The position numbers and the translations under genes were made by a program. Below the pieces are notes generated by a model. That model did no database searches, was not told the DNA's origin, and saw only the letters and a list, made by a program, of their open reading frames with translations. Below, piece by piece: positions 32,604 through 41,543 of a DNA stretch of 64,000 bases. Origin of the DNA: Myxococcota bacterium (GTDB lineage: Bacteria > Myxococcota_A > UBA796 > CAJQPC01); assembly GCA_036012755.1 (NCBI GenBank), contig DASCPX010000183.1:15849-79848 (forward strand). The letters run 5' to 3'. Within the stretch, counting starts at the first letter, position 1. Every line of letters starts with the position of its first letter.

Positions 32604-33245
32604 ATGAGTACGCGCATTCCCGACCTCGACCTCGTCAGGGCCTACCTCGACGAAGATGACATCCAGGCCTTCGAGCTCATCTACAAGCGCTACGCGAACG
32701 ACGTCTACAGGGCGATGTCCCGGGCCCTTTCGGGCTTCTCCTTCGCAGAGGTCGACGAGTTCAGCCAGGAGCTCTGGGCCCGTGGTCGCGCGCTGCTCGA
32801 GCCCTATGACCCGGAGCGCGGCACCCTGCGCACCTACCTGGTCGTGCAGGCCACCTGGGGTGCTCGCTCGGCGGAGGCCAAGCGCATGCGGCGCCACGCC
32901 AGCCGCCGCGCCGCCCAACTCCCTGCCACTGGCCAGGATCCCGCGGCGATGCGCTGCATGAGCGCCTGGTCCCTCGAGAACGCGGACGGCGCTGTCGCGC
33001 GCATGGGCGGAAACGGAGCCCGCAAGGCTGGCGCCACCCGCGCGGTGCGCACCTACCTCGCCCAGAACACCGATCGTCCCGCCCAGGTGCTCGAGGCCTG
33101 GCTGGAAGGCCGCACCGGCCGTGACATCGCGCAGGAGCTGGGTGTCCACCCGGCGCAGATCAGCCGCGACCTCGCCCGCGCCCGCTCCAGGATGGAGGGC
33201 TTCCTCCCGGCCCGCCCCCGGCTGGCCGCCCCGAGCGACGACTAG
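32604..33245 (+). CDS. ECF-type (sigma-24 family) sigma factor
   Basis: Region 2 is AFELIYKRYANDVYRA...AEVDEFSQELW. Region 4.2 is GRTGRDIAQELGVHPAQISRDLARARSRM. There is an unusually long Arg/Ala-rich linker. Confidence 0.75.
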   Translation: MSTRIPDLDLVRAYLDEDDIQAFELIYKRYANDVYRAMSRALSGFSFAEVDEFSQELWARGRALLEPYDPERGTLRTYLVVQATWGARSAEAKRMRRHASRRAAQLPATGQDPAAMRCMSAWSLENADGAVARMGGNGARKAGATRAVRTYLAQNTDRPAQVLEAWLEGRTGRDIAQELGVHPAQISRDLARARSRMEGFLPARPRLAAPSDD

Positions 33246-33357
33246 CGCCCCTCGGCAGAAGTCGCGATGCGCCTTCCACCGGCGCCTTCGGCGCGCGGCG
33301 CGGCGCATCGTTCACCCCGTCGCAGCCCGACTGCGTCGGAACTCGTGCCGGAGAGAA

Positions 33358-34065
33358 CTAGCGCTTCTGCTTCAAGGCATGGGCCGCCCGGCGGCGCCGG
33401 CCCAGGTCCGAGACCTCCTTGACGGCGTCTAGCTGATCGAGCACGTCGTCGACCTCGTCGATGGCCAGATCGGCCGTGACGCGGGTCGAGGCCACGTGCA
33501 GCGTGCGCACCGTCTCGATGAGGTCCTCCACCTCCTCCTCGTCCTCCGCGTTTCCAAGAGGCACTCGGAGCAAGGCCGAGCGGAAGGCCTCGCGGATCCG
33601 GCGGGCGGCCTCGACCACGCGCGGGTTCTCGTGGCGGGCCAACTCGTCGAGCAGGGTCAGCGCCGCCTGCTGGCGGGTGTCGCCAGGTGCGATCTGCGAG
33701 GTGGCGGGCGGTGCGATCTGCGAGGTGGCGGGCGGTGCGATCTTCTTGACCTGCTCCGTCGTGAACAGGATGCGGTCTCCCTCCCAGGCCGTGCAGTGCA
33801 TCGTGAAGCCGTTGTAGGAGACGACCTGGATCCTGAGCGTGCGGCCCGAGACGACCACCTGGTGGATCGCCTCGGTGACGTAGTTGCCGCCGATCCGAGT
33901 CGTGTCCTGGACGACGCCGCTGACGGCGACGGTCTCCCGCAGGCCGTAGTTCCGGATCTTGATCGTGCTGCCGGCGAACTCGAACTCCCAGCTGTGGAAG
34001 GGGATGACCCACATCAGCGTCGGCAGCACACCGAGCAGGAAGACGAGCAGGGCTAGGACCTCCAT
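33358..34065 (-). CDS. N-terminally anchored membrane protein with internal IAPPATSQ repeat
   Basis: ATG 34065-34063 overlaps the upstream TGA by 1 nt. TM helix MEVLALLVFLLGVLPTLMWVIPF. It is the last gene of the five-gene operon. Confidence 0.6.
   Translation of the reverse strand: MEVLALLVFLLGVLPTLMWVIPFHSWEFEFAGSTIKIRNYGLRETVAVSGVVQDTTRIGGNYVTEAIHQVVVSGRTLRIQVVSYNGFTMHCTAWEGDRILFTTEQVKKIAPPATSQIAPPATSQIAPGDTRQQAALTLLDELARHENPRVVEAARRIREAFRSALLRVPLGNAEDEEEVEDLIETVRTLHVASTRVTADLAIDEVDDVLDQLDAVKEVSDLGRRRRAAHALKQKR
33686..33743. repeat. perfect 24-bp tandem repeat (2.4 copies) inside a CDS
   Basis: ggtgcgatctgcgaggtggcgggc occurs at 33686-33709 and 33710-33733, then ggtgcgatct. It encodes IAPPATSQ-IAPPATSQ-IAP on the minus strand. 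Confidence 0.9.
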
Positions 34066-35066
34066 CAGCCGGCGACCTCCGTGAGCACGCGCAGGAAGTT
34101 CCCTCCCCAGCAGGCAAGGATCTCGGGCGCCGTCCATCCCCGCTCGAGCAGGGCCTGGGTCAACAGCGGCAGCTTGTCGGCGCCGTCGAGGTCGCGAGGG
34201 TAGAGGCTCCAGCCCTCCCAGTCGCTGCCGATGGCGCAGTGCTCGACGCCGACCACGTCGCGGATGTGGGTGAGGTGGTCGACGACCGCGGCCAGGCCGC
34301 CTGGGCCGATGAAGGGCGTGACGAAGATCACACCGATGACACCGCCGGTGTCCGCGATAGCGCGCAGCTGGGAGTCGTCGAGTCCGCGCGGGCTGTGGTG
34401 GACGCTGTTGCAGGCGGTGTGGGAAGCGATGACCGGGGCCCGGGTCCGCTCGCAGAGCTCGAGCAGCCCCGCTCGGTTCAAGTGCGCGACGTCGATGACC
34501 ATCTGCAAGCGGTTCAGCTCGTCGACGAGGTCACGACCGTAGTCCGTCAGGCCAGCCTTCGGGTCCTGACCCCAGCCGACCATCGGCTTGCAGGCCTCGT
34601 TCTCGCTGAAGTGGGCGAAGCCGACGTAGCGCATGCCGCGGTCGCGGTAGTGGGAGAGCTTCCCGAGCGAACCGACCAGTCCGTGGGCGCCCTCCAGGCC
34701 CGCGAAGCAGGCGATGCGACCAGCCTCGCAGGAGGCACGGATCGTCGCGCTGGTCGTGGCCAGCTCGAGGTCGTCGGGGTGGGCGGCGAGCTTGGCGTGC
34801 ATCCGGTCGAGCATGCGCTCGATCTTCGTGGGGCCGCGGCGGCCCGCCAGGGGGGAGACCACCACACCCAGGGCCAGGCAGCCGACGTTGCCGGCGCGCA
34901 GACGAGGCAGGTCGACGTGCCCCATCAGGGCGGCGCCCGGGAGCAGGTTCGGGCGGTGCTCCCGAGCCCAGTTCCACGCGAGGAAGGTGGTCGTGAGCAG
35001 GACGTCGCAGTGGAGATCGATGATCAGCGCCTGCTCGTGGATCGCCCGGGCCTCTTCGCTGATCAC
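34065..35066 (-). CDS. membrane (renal-type) dipeptidase family M19 protein
   Basis: GTG 35066-35064 overlaps the upstream TGA. Motifs: IIDLHCD (HxD), AGLEGAH, FAHFSEN, IDVAHLN, IASHT, IGSDWEG. Confidence 0.85.
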   Translation of the reverse strand: MISEEARAIHEQALIIDLHCDVLLTTTFLAWNWAREHRPNLLPGAALMGHVDLPRLRAGNVGCLALGVVVSPLAGRRGPTKIERMLDRMHAKLAAHPDDLELATTSATIRASCEAGRIACFAGLEGAHGLVGSLGKLSHYRDRGMRYVGFAHFSENEACKPMVGWGQDPKAGLTDYGRDLVDELNRLQMVIDVAHLNRAGLLELCERTRAPVIASHTACNSVHHSPRGLDDSQLRAIADTGGVIGVIFVTPFIGPGGLAAVVDHLTHIRDVVGVEHCAIGSDWEGWSLYPRDLDGADKLPLLTQALLERGWTAPEILACWGGNFLRVLTEVAG

Positions 35067-35971
35067 AGGAGCCTCCCGACCACGTCGACACCTTCCCAGC
35101 TCCCGTTGTCGACAGGTCGCTGGAGCTGGCCCGGGGCGCAGAGGGTGTGGAAGCCCACGGGCTCGACGTCGGTCGCACAGGCTCCGAGCGGGAGACCCTC
35201 CAGGATGGCGAGATCGTCCAGCGTCGCGATGGCGTGGACCGGCAGCATGCGGGGCAGGGGCGCCGGCGCGAGGAACTCCAGCGGCAACAGCGGGACCGCC
35301 CACTCGTTGCCGCTCCAGCAGCGCCCGCGGACCCGCCCGAGCCCGCAGCGTCGGCGCCACTCGGGGCCGACGGCCGGGTCGACCTCGCCGCGCGGCATGC
35401 TGATCGCGAGCTCGCGAAGGGCCTGGGCGACGCGCATCGCGAGGCGCTCGGCGTCCCCGAGGCAGAAGATCGCGGCGGGGCTGCGGCACCCCGCCCCGTC
35501 GTAGAGCGCCGCGTCCTCTGCCAGGGCTCGCGCGGTCGCATTGGAGATGTCCTCTACGACGGCGAAGCTGACCCGGTGGCCGAAGAGGGCCTTCGGACCA
35601 GCGAAGGCGCTCTCGAGGGTGGACATCGCCGCGTCGGCGCCAAAGGCGAGGAGGGCGTCGACCTGCTCCAGCAGGGTGAGATCGTGGCCCTCGACGCAGC
35701 GGACGCCGTAGGCCTCTGCGATGGCGCGAGTCGCCTCGGGCCTGCGGGACGGGGCCTTGAGCACCACCTCGCAGCCGAGCCTGGTGAAGCGGTCGACCCA
35801 GCGCAGAGGCGCGGTGAAGACGTTCTGCGCGCACCAGATGGCCACCCTGCGTGCGCTGCCGCTTCGCGTGGTCGCCGTCGAGATGCACTCCAACTCGACG
35901 CGCAGTGCCTCTCGGGCGCCCTCCTCCGAGAGGCCGGTGTTCCAGGTCGCGGGGTCGCCGAGAGCTCTCAC
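35063..35971 (-). CDS. LuxC-like acyl-CoA/acyl-protein reductase (aldehyde-forming)
   Basis: GTG 35971 overlaps the upstream TGA. VVLKAPSRRPEATRAIAEA and DGAGCRSPAAIFC (candidate catalytic Cys) fit the LuxC family pattern from memory. Confidence 0.65.
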   Translation of the reverse strand: MRALGDPATWNTGLSEEGAREALRVELECISTATTRSGSARRVAIWCAQNVFTAPLRWVDRFTRLGCEVVLKAPSRRPEATRAIAEAYGVRCVEGHDLTLLEQVDALLAFGADAAMSTLESAFAGPKALFGHRVSFAVVEDISNATARALAEDAALYDGAGCRSPAAIFCLGDAERLAMRVAQALRELAISMPRGEVDPAVGPEWRRRCGLGRVRGRCWSGNEWAVPLLPLEFLAPAPLPRMLPVHAIATLDDLAILEGLPLGACATDVEPVGFHTLCAPGQLQRPVDNGSWEGVDVVGRLL

Positions 35972-36822
35972 TCGGCCGCCAGCGAGCAGCCTCGGGGCTC
36001 GGCTCTCTGAAGTCGGCCCTGGAGGAAGACGCGACCCCCGCGGACCTCGCCGAGATCTTCGGTCTCGATCGCGAGCAGGCTGCTCCAGTTCGCCAGGTCC
36101 ACGAAGCGCAAGAGCCCGACTCCCTCCGTGGGCTCGCCGCTGAGCGGATCGACCGCGTAGGGAACGAGCCAGCGGGGCGGAAGGTAGCCCTCACCGGGGG
36201 CACCCCACAGCTGGGAGGACAGCTCCGTCATGCCGTACTCGTCGATGCGCCGGAAGTGGGGCCCCAGGCCAGCGCGAAGGTCGAGGTGCTCCGGGGAGTC
36301 ACCCTTGAAGCCACCCGTGACCATCACGACCGAGCCCGGCGGGAGCTCCATGACAGGCAGCTCGGCGGCTCGGGACGCGGTGGTGGCGACGAACACCGGG
36401 CCCTCGCCTGAGGGGGCATCAGCGGTGGCGTCCGGGAAGAGCATTCGCATCATGTGACCCAGGGAGCTGTCAGCTGCCCTCGGGCAGAGGTTCAGGGCTT
36501 GTGGGGGCGGGTCCGTCACGCAGGCCTCGAAGTGGAGACGCGCGGCCACATCGTAGGCCTCTGTGTCGGCCATCATGTGCACGCCCCGCTCCCCGGTCGT
36601 GCCGCTGGTGCGGAAGGTGACGCCCTGTCTCGAGGTGCAGAACACGAGCGCCCGGCAGAGTCGGACAGGCACCGCCGGGATCTCGTGGAGCGAGGTCGGC
36701 TCGACCCCCGCGGCGAAGTCCCGGTGGACCGGGGACACGGTGACCTGCCAGCGGAAGAGCTCCAGCGCGAAGGCCTCGACGTCGCCGCCGTGCCGGAGGA
36801 AGTCCAGGACACGAGCCCTCAC
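35968..36822 (-). CDS. LuxE-like acyl-protein synthetase / adenylate-forming enzyme
   Basis: GTG 36822 overlaps the upstream TGA. FALELFRWQVTVSPVHRDFA, IPAVPVRL, FRTSGTTGERG, EYGMTELSSQL, and C-terminal RGCSLAAE. Confidence 0.65.
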   Translation of the reverse strand: MRARVLDFLRHGGDVEAFALELFRWQVTVSPVHRDFAAGVEPTSLHEIPAVPVRLCRALVFCTSRQGVTFRTSGTTGERGVHMMADTEAYDVAARLHFEACVTDPPPQALNLCPRAADSSLGHMMRMLFPDATADAPSGEGPVFVATTASRAAELPVMELPPGSVVMVTGGFKGDSPEHLDLRAGLGPHFRRIDEYGMTELSSQLWGAPGEGYLPPRWLVPYAVDPLSGEPTEGVGLLRFVDLANWSSLLAIETEDLGEVRGGRVFLQGRLQRAEPRGCSLAAE

Positions 36823-38060
36823 GACAGCTCTCCGAGGGCGCCCAGGAAGGCCTCGAGCTGCTCCTTGGTGACGGTCAGCGGTGGGGTCAGGGCCAGGACC
36901 TCGGCCTGCTCCCCGGCTGGCAGCGCGATGAACCCGCGCTCCAGCAGCCCGCGGCTCAGGGCCAGGCTGTCGGTGACCTCGAGACCCAGCAGGAGCCCGC
37001 GACCCCTGACCTGGCCGAAGCCGGCCAGCTCATCGGCGAACCAGCGCCCGAGCTCGGCAGCGCGCTGGGGAAGGGCCGTCTCGAGGATCACCTGGATGCA
37101 GGCCAGCGCCATCGCGCAGCCCGGGGGATGACCGAGGAAGGTCTGGGTGTGGAGCGCCTCGCCAGCGCTGGCGCCCCAGGCCTCCATGATCTCCCGGCGA
37201 CCGACACAGGCCGAGATGGGCGCCCCTCCGGCCATGCCCTTGCCGAGGCAGACGAGGTCGGGGAGGAGGCCCTCTGCCTGGAAGGCGAAGAGGCTGCCGG
37301 TGCGCCCGAAGCCCGTGTAGATCTCGTCGAGGATCAAGACGGCGCCTGCCTGATCGCAGGCCTCGCGCAGGTCCCCGAGCCAGCCGGCCGGGGGCACGCG
37401 GATGCCGCCGCGTCCCTGGATCGGCTCGACGAGCACGGCGCCGGCGTCGCCGAGATCGATCGCCCCACCAAAGGGGGCGTGGCGCACGTGGTGGCCGAGC
37501 TGCTCCTCGAAGGGCGCGCGGAAGGAAGCTGACTTGTAGGCGGTGGCGGCGAGCGCACCGTAGGAGAGGCCGTGGTAGCCGCCGGAGAAGGCCAGCACGC
37601 CTGGGCGCCCGCTGGCGATGCGTGCCGTCTTCAGCGCCGCCTCCACCGCGTCGGAGCCAGAGGTCCCGAGGATGCTGTGGTCGAGCCCCGTGATCGCCGC
37701 GAGGCGCTCCAGGAGCTCGATGCGTCGCGGGTCCGGGAAGGCGTCTCCCATCGCGTGGGGAAGGCGCGAGAGCTGGGCTCGCCCCGCGGCGACGACCCGG
37801 GGGTGGCGGTGACCGACGCTGGCCGCGCCGAAGCCAGCGGTGAGGTCGACGAAGACGTTGCCGTCGACATCACGGACGTTGGCTCCCAGGGCCTCGTCCC
37901 AGACCATCGGATCGGTGTCGGCGGTGCCGAGGGTCGCAGCGCGACGGGCTCGCCGCGCCGTGATCGCGGGGCACTCCCGCCGGGCGAGCCGGTCCACCCA
38001 GGCGCGCGAAGTCGGGCCCGGGACCGCGGTCTTCAGCGCTGGCAGGGAGCGACCGTCCAC
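36819..38060 (-). CDS. class III pyridoxal-phosphate-dependent aminotransferase (GABA/ornithine aminotransferase family)
   Basis: GTG 38060. Motifs: GFGAASVGHRHP, SGSDAVEAALK, VEPIQGRGG, LILDEIYTGFGRTG, LGKGMAGG (PLP Lys). Confidence 0.9.
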   Translation of the reverse strand: MDGRSLPALKTAVPGPTSRAWVDRLARRECPAITARRARRAATLGTADTDPMVWDEALGANVRDVDGNVFVDLTAGFGAASVGHRHPRVVAAGRAQLSRLPHAMGDAFPDPRRIELLERLAAITGLDHSILGTSGSDAVEAALKTARIASGRPGVLAFSGGYHGLSYGALAATAYKSASFRAPFEEQLGHHVRHAPFGGAIDLGDAGAVLVEPIQGRGGIRVPPAGWLGDLREACDQAGAVLILDEIYTGFGRTGSLFAFQAEGLLPDLVCLGKGMAGGAPISACVGRREIMEAWGASAGEALHTQTFLGHPPGCAMALACIQVILETALPQRAAELGRWFADELAGFGQVRGRGLLLGLEVTDSLALSRGLLERGFIALPAGEQAEVLALTPPLTVTKEQLEAFLGALGELS

Positions 38061-38087
38061 CTCGGCCCTCTAACCCCAGGCAAGATA

Positions 38088-39518
38088 GTGGAGCGCGTGC
38101 TCCTCCCCATCCTGCTGGCCTGCACAGGTGGGCCGACGCTGGTCCAGCCCGAGGGCACCATCGTGCTGGACCTCGTCAACCCGACCCCGACCGACGCGTT
38201 CAGCGGCGTCGACGAGATCTCGATCGAGCTCCGCGTCGGCGGCGTCGTAGTGGCGTCGGAGACCTTCGGCGTCGACGAGCCGGCCGAGATTCCAGGCCTC
38301 GATGCCTTCGGCACAGGGCGCTTCCACGTCGCTGGGCTCTCCGGCGGCACCGTCATCAGCTATGGCCGCTCGCCAGAGATCCTGCTTGGACCCGACCAGG
38401 ACCACAACGTCGCGATCACCTTCCTGCCGGTCAACCAGGTCCTTTCCATCGCGGACTCGATGGCCGAGCCCCGCTCGCAGCATGGCGCCGTCCGGCTCCC
38501 CGACAACCGCATCCTGCTGCTCGGCGGGGCCAATCCGAACCGGGACGCCAGCTACGACGACGTCGAGATCTACGACCCGAGCGAGGGCATCTTCAAGCCC
38601 ACCGGGACCTACCTGCCGCTGTCGCTGTACGACGTCGAGCTGTCGTTCTCGACGGACCGGACGATCTGGCTCAACGGAGGGCGGACGCTGTTGTCAGAGG
38701 GGCCGAAGGTGCAGGCCATTTTCTTCGAGTACGACCCGGTCACCGAGCAGATAGAGATGGCCGCCGACATGAACGTGTCCCGGGCCGGTCACTGCTTCCA
38801 CGAGTTCCGCGACGGCTTCGGCGCCGCCATGGGTGGGAACCGGGACACCCCCGCGATCGACTACCTGCGTCCGGACCCCGACACCGGCGAGTGGACCTGG
38901 TCAGAGGTCGTGATCAGCGGCCTGGACCAGACGGCGATGACGGGCTGCGCCGCGCTGCCCACCGGCGAGGTCTTCGTCCAGGGCCTCAGTGACGACTCCA
39001 CCGGCCTCTTCGACTTCAGCGAGGACGCCGCCGCAGCCAACCCGAACATCTCTGACGCCTTCTACGCCGTCGAGAGCGGGACCTACGAGCTGCTCGACGG
39101 CGCGATGCTGATCCCCGTCTCCGATGAGCAGGTCTGGGTCGGCGGTGGGCGCACCATCGGTGGCGTGTCCGACACCACCGGGCGCATCTTCGACGTCCCG
39201 ACCCGCAGCTTCGTGGGTGGGGTGGATCCCTCTCGCGAGCGGGTCGACGGCCAGTGGGACGAGTGGATCGAGGATGGCTGGTACGCCCTGGGCTGCGGCT
39301 CGCCCGACGGCGACAACTCTCGCTCCCAGACCACGATCGAGCTCATCAACCTGCTCTCCGGCGAGCGCTACTCCTACGTCGAGGGGGACCGCAGCCGTCC
39401 AGGTTGTGAGCTGACGGTGCAAGCCGACGGCGCGATCCTCATCACCGGTGGCTTCGAGTCCGGCGGTGACGCCGAAGCGAGCGCCGCCGTGATGGTCCCC
39501 TACAACCCCCAGGAGTGA
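38088..39518 (+). CDS. Kelch-repeat lipoprotein
   Basis: GTG 38088 (or 38097). Lipobox PILLAC. Repeats of the type PRSQHGAVRLPDNRILLLGG and SRAGHCFHEF. The track ORF 37572..39518 is over-extended antisense to the aminotransferase. Confidence 0.7.
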   Translation: MERVLLPILLACTGGPTLVQPEGTIVLDLVNPTPTDAFSGVDEISIELRVGGVVVASETFGVDEPAEIPGLDAFGTGRFHVAGLSGGTVISYGRSPEILLGPDQDHNVAITFLPVNQVLSIADSMAEPRSQHGAVRLPDNRILLLGGANPNRDASYDDVEIYDPSEGIFKPTGTYLPLSLYDVELSFSTDRTIWLNGGRTLLSEGPKVQAIFFEYDPVTEQIEMAADMNVSRAGHCFHEFRDGFGAAMGGNRDTPAIDYLRPDPDTGEWTWSEVVISGLDQTAMTGCAALPTGEVFVQGLSDDSTGLFDFSEDAAAANPNISDAFYAVESGTYELLDGAMLIPVSDEQVWVGGGRTIGGVSDTTGRIFDVPTRSFVGGVDPSRERVDGQWDEWIEDGWYALGCGSPDGDNSRSQTTIELINLLSGERYSYVEGDRSRPGCELTVQADGAILITGGFESGGDAEASAAVMVPYNPQE

Positions 39519-39519
39519 G

Positions 39520-40956
39520 TCACGGGCCGAAGCGGTGGGTCAGCGCGGCGATGAGCCTGGCGTGGATGCCGTCGAAGCTGCCGTTGCTGAAGATCGCGAC
39601 GACGTCCCCCTCGACGGCGTTGGCAGCGACGGCGGCGACGATGTCCTCTGTGTGGTCGAGGCAGGTCGCCTCCACGCCACGGGCTCGGATGTCGCTGGCG
39701 AGGGCGTGGGGGTCGAGGCGCTCCTCCGCCCCGATGCGCTCGTCGTAGGTGGCCTTGATGATCACGCAGTCCGCGCCGTCGAAGGCCTCTGCGTAGGGTC
39801 GCTGGAAGATCTTGCGGCGAGATGTGTTCGAGCGCGGCTCGAAGACGACCCAGAGGCGGCGCCCCCCGAAGCGGAGGCGGAGGGCCTCTGTGGTCACCCG
39901 CACGGCGGTCGGGTGGTGGGCGAAGTCGTCGACGACGGTCACACCTCCGACCTCGCCGATGATGTCCTGGCGCCGCTTGATGCCGCGGAAGGTGTCGAAG
40001 CCGCGAGACAGCTGATCCGCTGAGAGCCCCTCGCGCTCGAGCGCCGCGACAGCCGCGACCTGGTTGTAGAGGTTGTGCTCGCCGACGAGGATCGAGCTGA
40101 ACACGCCGAAGGGCTGGCCCTCGCGCAGCACCGAGAAGCGCATGACGCCGCGGTCGTGGTCGACGGCCTCGACGCGCCCGTCCCACTGCTGGTTTGGCCC
40201 GTACTTCCGGACCTCGCAGGGGGCGTCCTCGCAGACCGCGCGAACCGTCGGGTGGTCCCAGCGCGCGACGAGGCAGCCGTCCTCTGGCATCGACGCCACC
40301 AGCTCGCGGAAGGCCTCCTGGCAGTGCTCCAGGTCCCGGTAGATGTCCGCGTGGTCGAACTCGACGCTCGTGATGATCGCGGTGTCGGCGCGGTAGCTCA
40401 GGAACTTCGGGCGCTTGTCGAAGAAGGCGGTGTCGTACTCGTCCCCCTCGATGACGAAGTGACTGCCGCCACCGGCCCTCGCCGTGCGATCCCAGCCGTG
40501 CACCACGCCGCCGACGAGGTAGCCGGGATCGAGCCCGGCGTCGTCGGCCAGCCAGGCGGCGATCGCGGTCGTGGTCGTCTTTCCGTGGGTGCCGGCGCAG
40601 ACGATGGACCTGGCCTCGCGCAGGAAGAGCTCGCCGAGCACGTGCGGGAAGGAACAGTAGGCGAGGTCCCGCTCGAGCACGGCCGCGGCCTCTTCGTAGA
40701 CCGCTCGGATGACGTTGCCGACGACCACGAGGTCGGGGCCGTGGTCGAGGTTCGAGGCGACGTAGCCCTTCTGGATCTCGATCCCGAGCGAGGCGAGGTA
40801 GTCGCTCATCGGTGGGTAGGCGCCGGTGTCGGAGCCGGTCACGGTGAAGCCGGCGTCCGACAACATGCCGGCGATGGCACCCATGGCCGTGCCGCAGATG
40901 CCCATCACGTGGATGGTCTTCAGCTCCTCTGGGAGCCCTTGGTCGTAGAGAGGCAT
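39520..40956 (-). CDS. mpl: UDP-N-acetylmuramate:L-alanyl-gamma-D-glutamyl-meso-diaminopimelate ligase
   Basis: IHVMGICGTAMG, YPPMS, GTHGKTTTT, FFDKRPKF, EFDHADIY, VGEHNLYN, DDFAHHPTA, EPRSNT, SNGSFDGIH. These match E. coli Mpl closely from memory. Confidence 0.9.
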   Translation of the reverse strand: MPLYDQGLPEELKTIHVMGICGTAMGAIAGMLSDAGFTVTGSDTGAYPPMSDYLASLGIEIQKGYVASNLDHGPDLVVVGNVIRAVYEEAAAVLERDLAYCSFPHVLGELFLREARSIVCAGTHGKTTTTAIAAWLADDAGLDPGYLVGGVVHGWDRTARAGGGSHFVIEGDEYDTAFFDKRPKFLSYRADTAIITSVEFDHADIYRDLEHCQEAFRELVASMPEDGCLVARWDHPTVRAVCEDAPCEVRKYGPNQQWDGRVEAVDHDRGVMRFSVLREGQPFGVFSSILVGEHNLYNQVAAVAALEREGLSADQLSRGFDTFRGIKRRQDIIGEVGGVTVVDDFAHHPTAVRVTTEALRLRFGGRRLWVVFEPRSNTSRRKIFQRPYAEAFDGADCVIIKATYDERIGAEERLDPHALASDIRARGVEATCLDHTEDIVAAVAANAVEGDVVAIFSNGSFDGIHARLIAALTHRFGP

Positions 40957-41543
40957 GCTCGGGTGTGCGGAGCGACGGTGGAGGGGAGGGTGCGGAGTGA
41001 CTGACGCAGCATGGACAGCGCGTCGGGGGTGTCCACGTCATACCAGAAGGGAAGCAGATCGCAGTCGAGGTGTGCGGCTCGCAGCAGGGTCTCGGCGAGG
41101 ACGGCGTCCGTGCTCCAGGGCATCTCCGCCATCAACTCCGGGTGCGGGCGCTGCCAGGCGATGCCCCAGTAGCCTCCGTCGAAGGCCGGGCCTATGGCGA
41201 GCTCGTGTCGCCCGGCGGCGAGGCGCTGGAGCAGCTCTGGCGGCAGGGTAGGGGAGTCCGTTCCCAGCGCCACAGACGGCCCCCGCATCGCGTGGAGCAT
41301 GCGCGCGCCGAGGTCCCCCTGGACCTGGGCTTCGACCGGACAGTCGAGAGCCTGCACCCAGGGATGGTCGAGGTCTCCGGCGATCGAGGCGGTGAGCTCC
41401 AGGTCACAGGACCGCACCAGCGCGAAGACATCCGCGGCCATCGCGGCGTGGAGCTCGGCAGCGCCCTCTGGACCGAGGGCCGGGATCAGCCGGGTCTTCA
41501 CCGTGCCCGGGACCGGAGGCCTGGTGAACACGACGGCCCTCAC
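40920..41543 (-). CDS. DUF2064 / TIGR04282-like nucleotidyltransferase-fold protein
   Basis: GTG 41543 overlaps the upstream TGA. N-terminal TRPPVPGTVKTRL motif; LGTDSP; GPAFDGGYW. The 3' end overlaps the mpl start by 37 nt. Confidence 0.6.
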   Translation of the reverse strand: MRAVVFTRPPVPGTVKTRLIPALGPEGAAELHAAMAADVFALVRSCDLELTASIAGDLDHPWVQALDCPVEAQVQGDLGARMLHAMRGPSVALGTDSPTLPPELLQRLAAGRHELAIGPAFDGGYWGIAWQRPHPELMAEMPWSTDAVLAETLLRAAHLDCDLLPFWYDVDTPDALSMLRQSLRTLPSTVAPHTRACLSTTKGSQRS

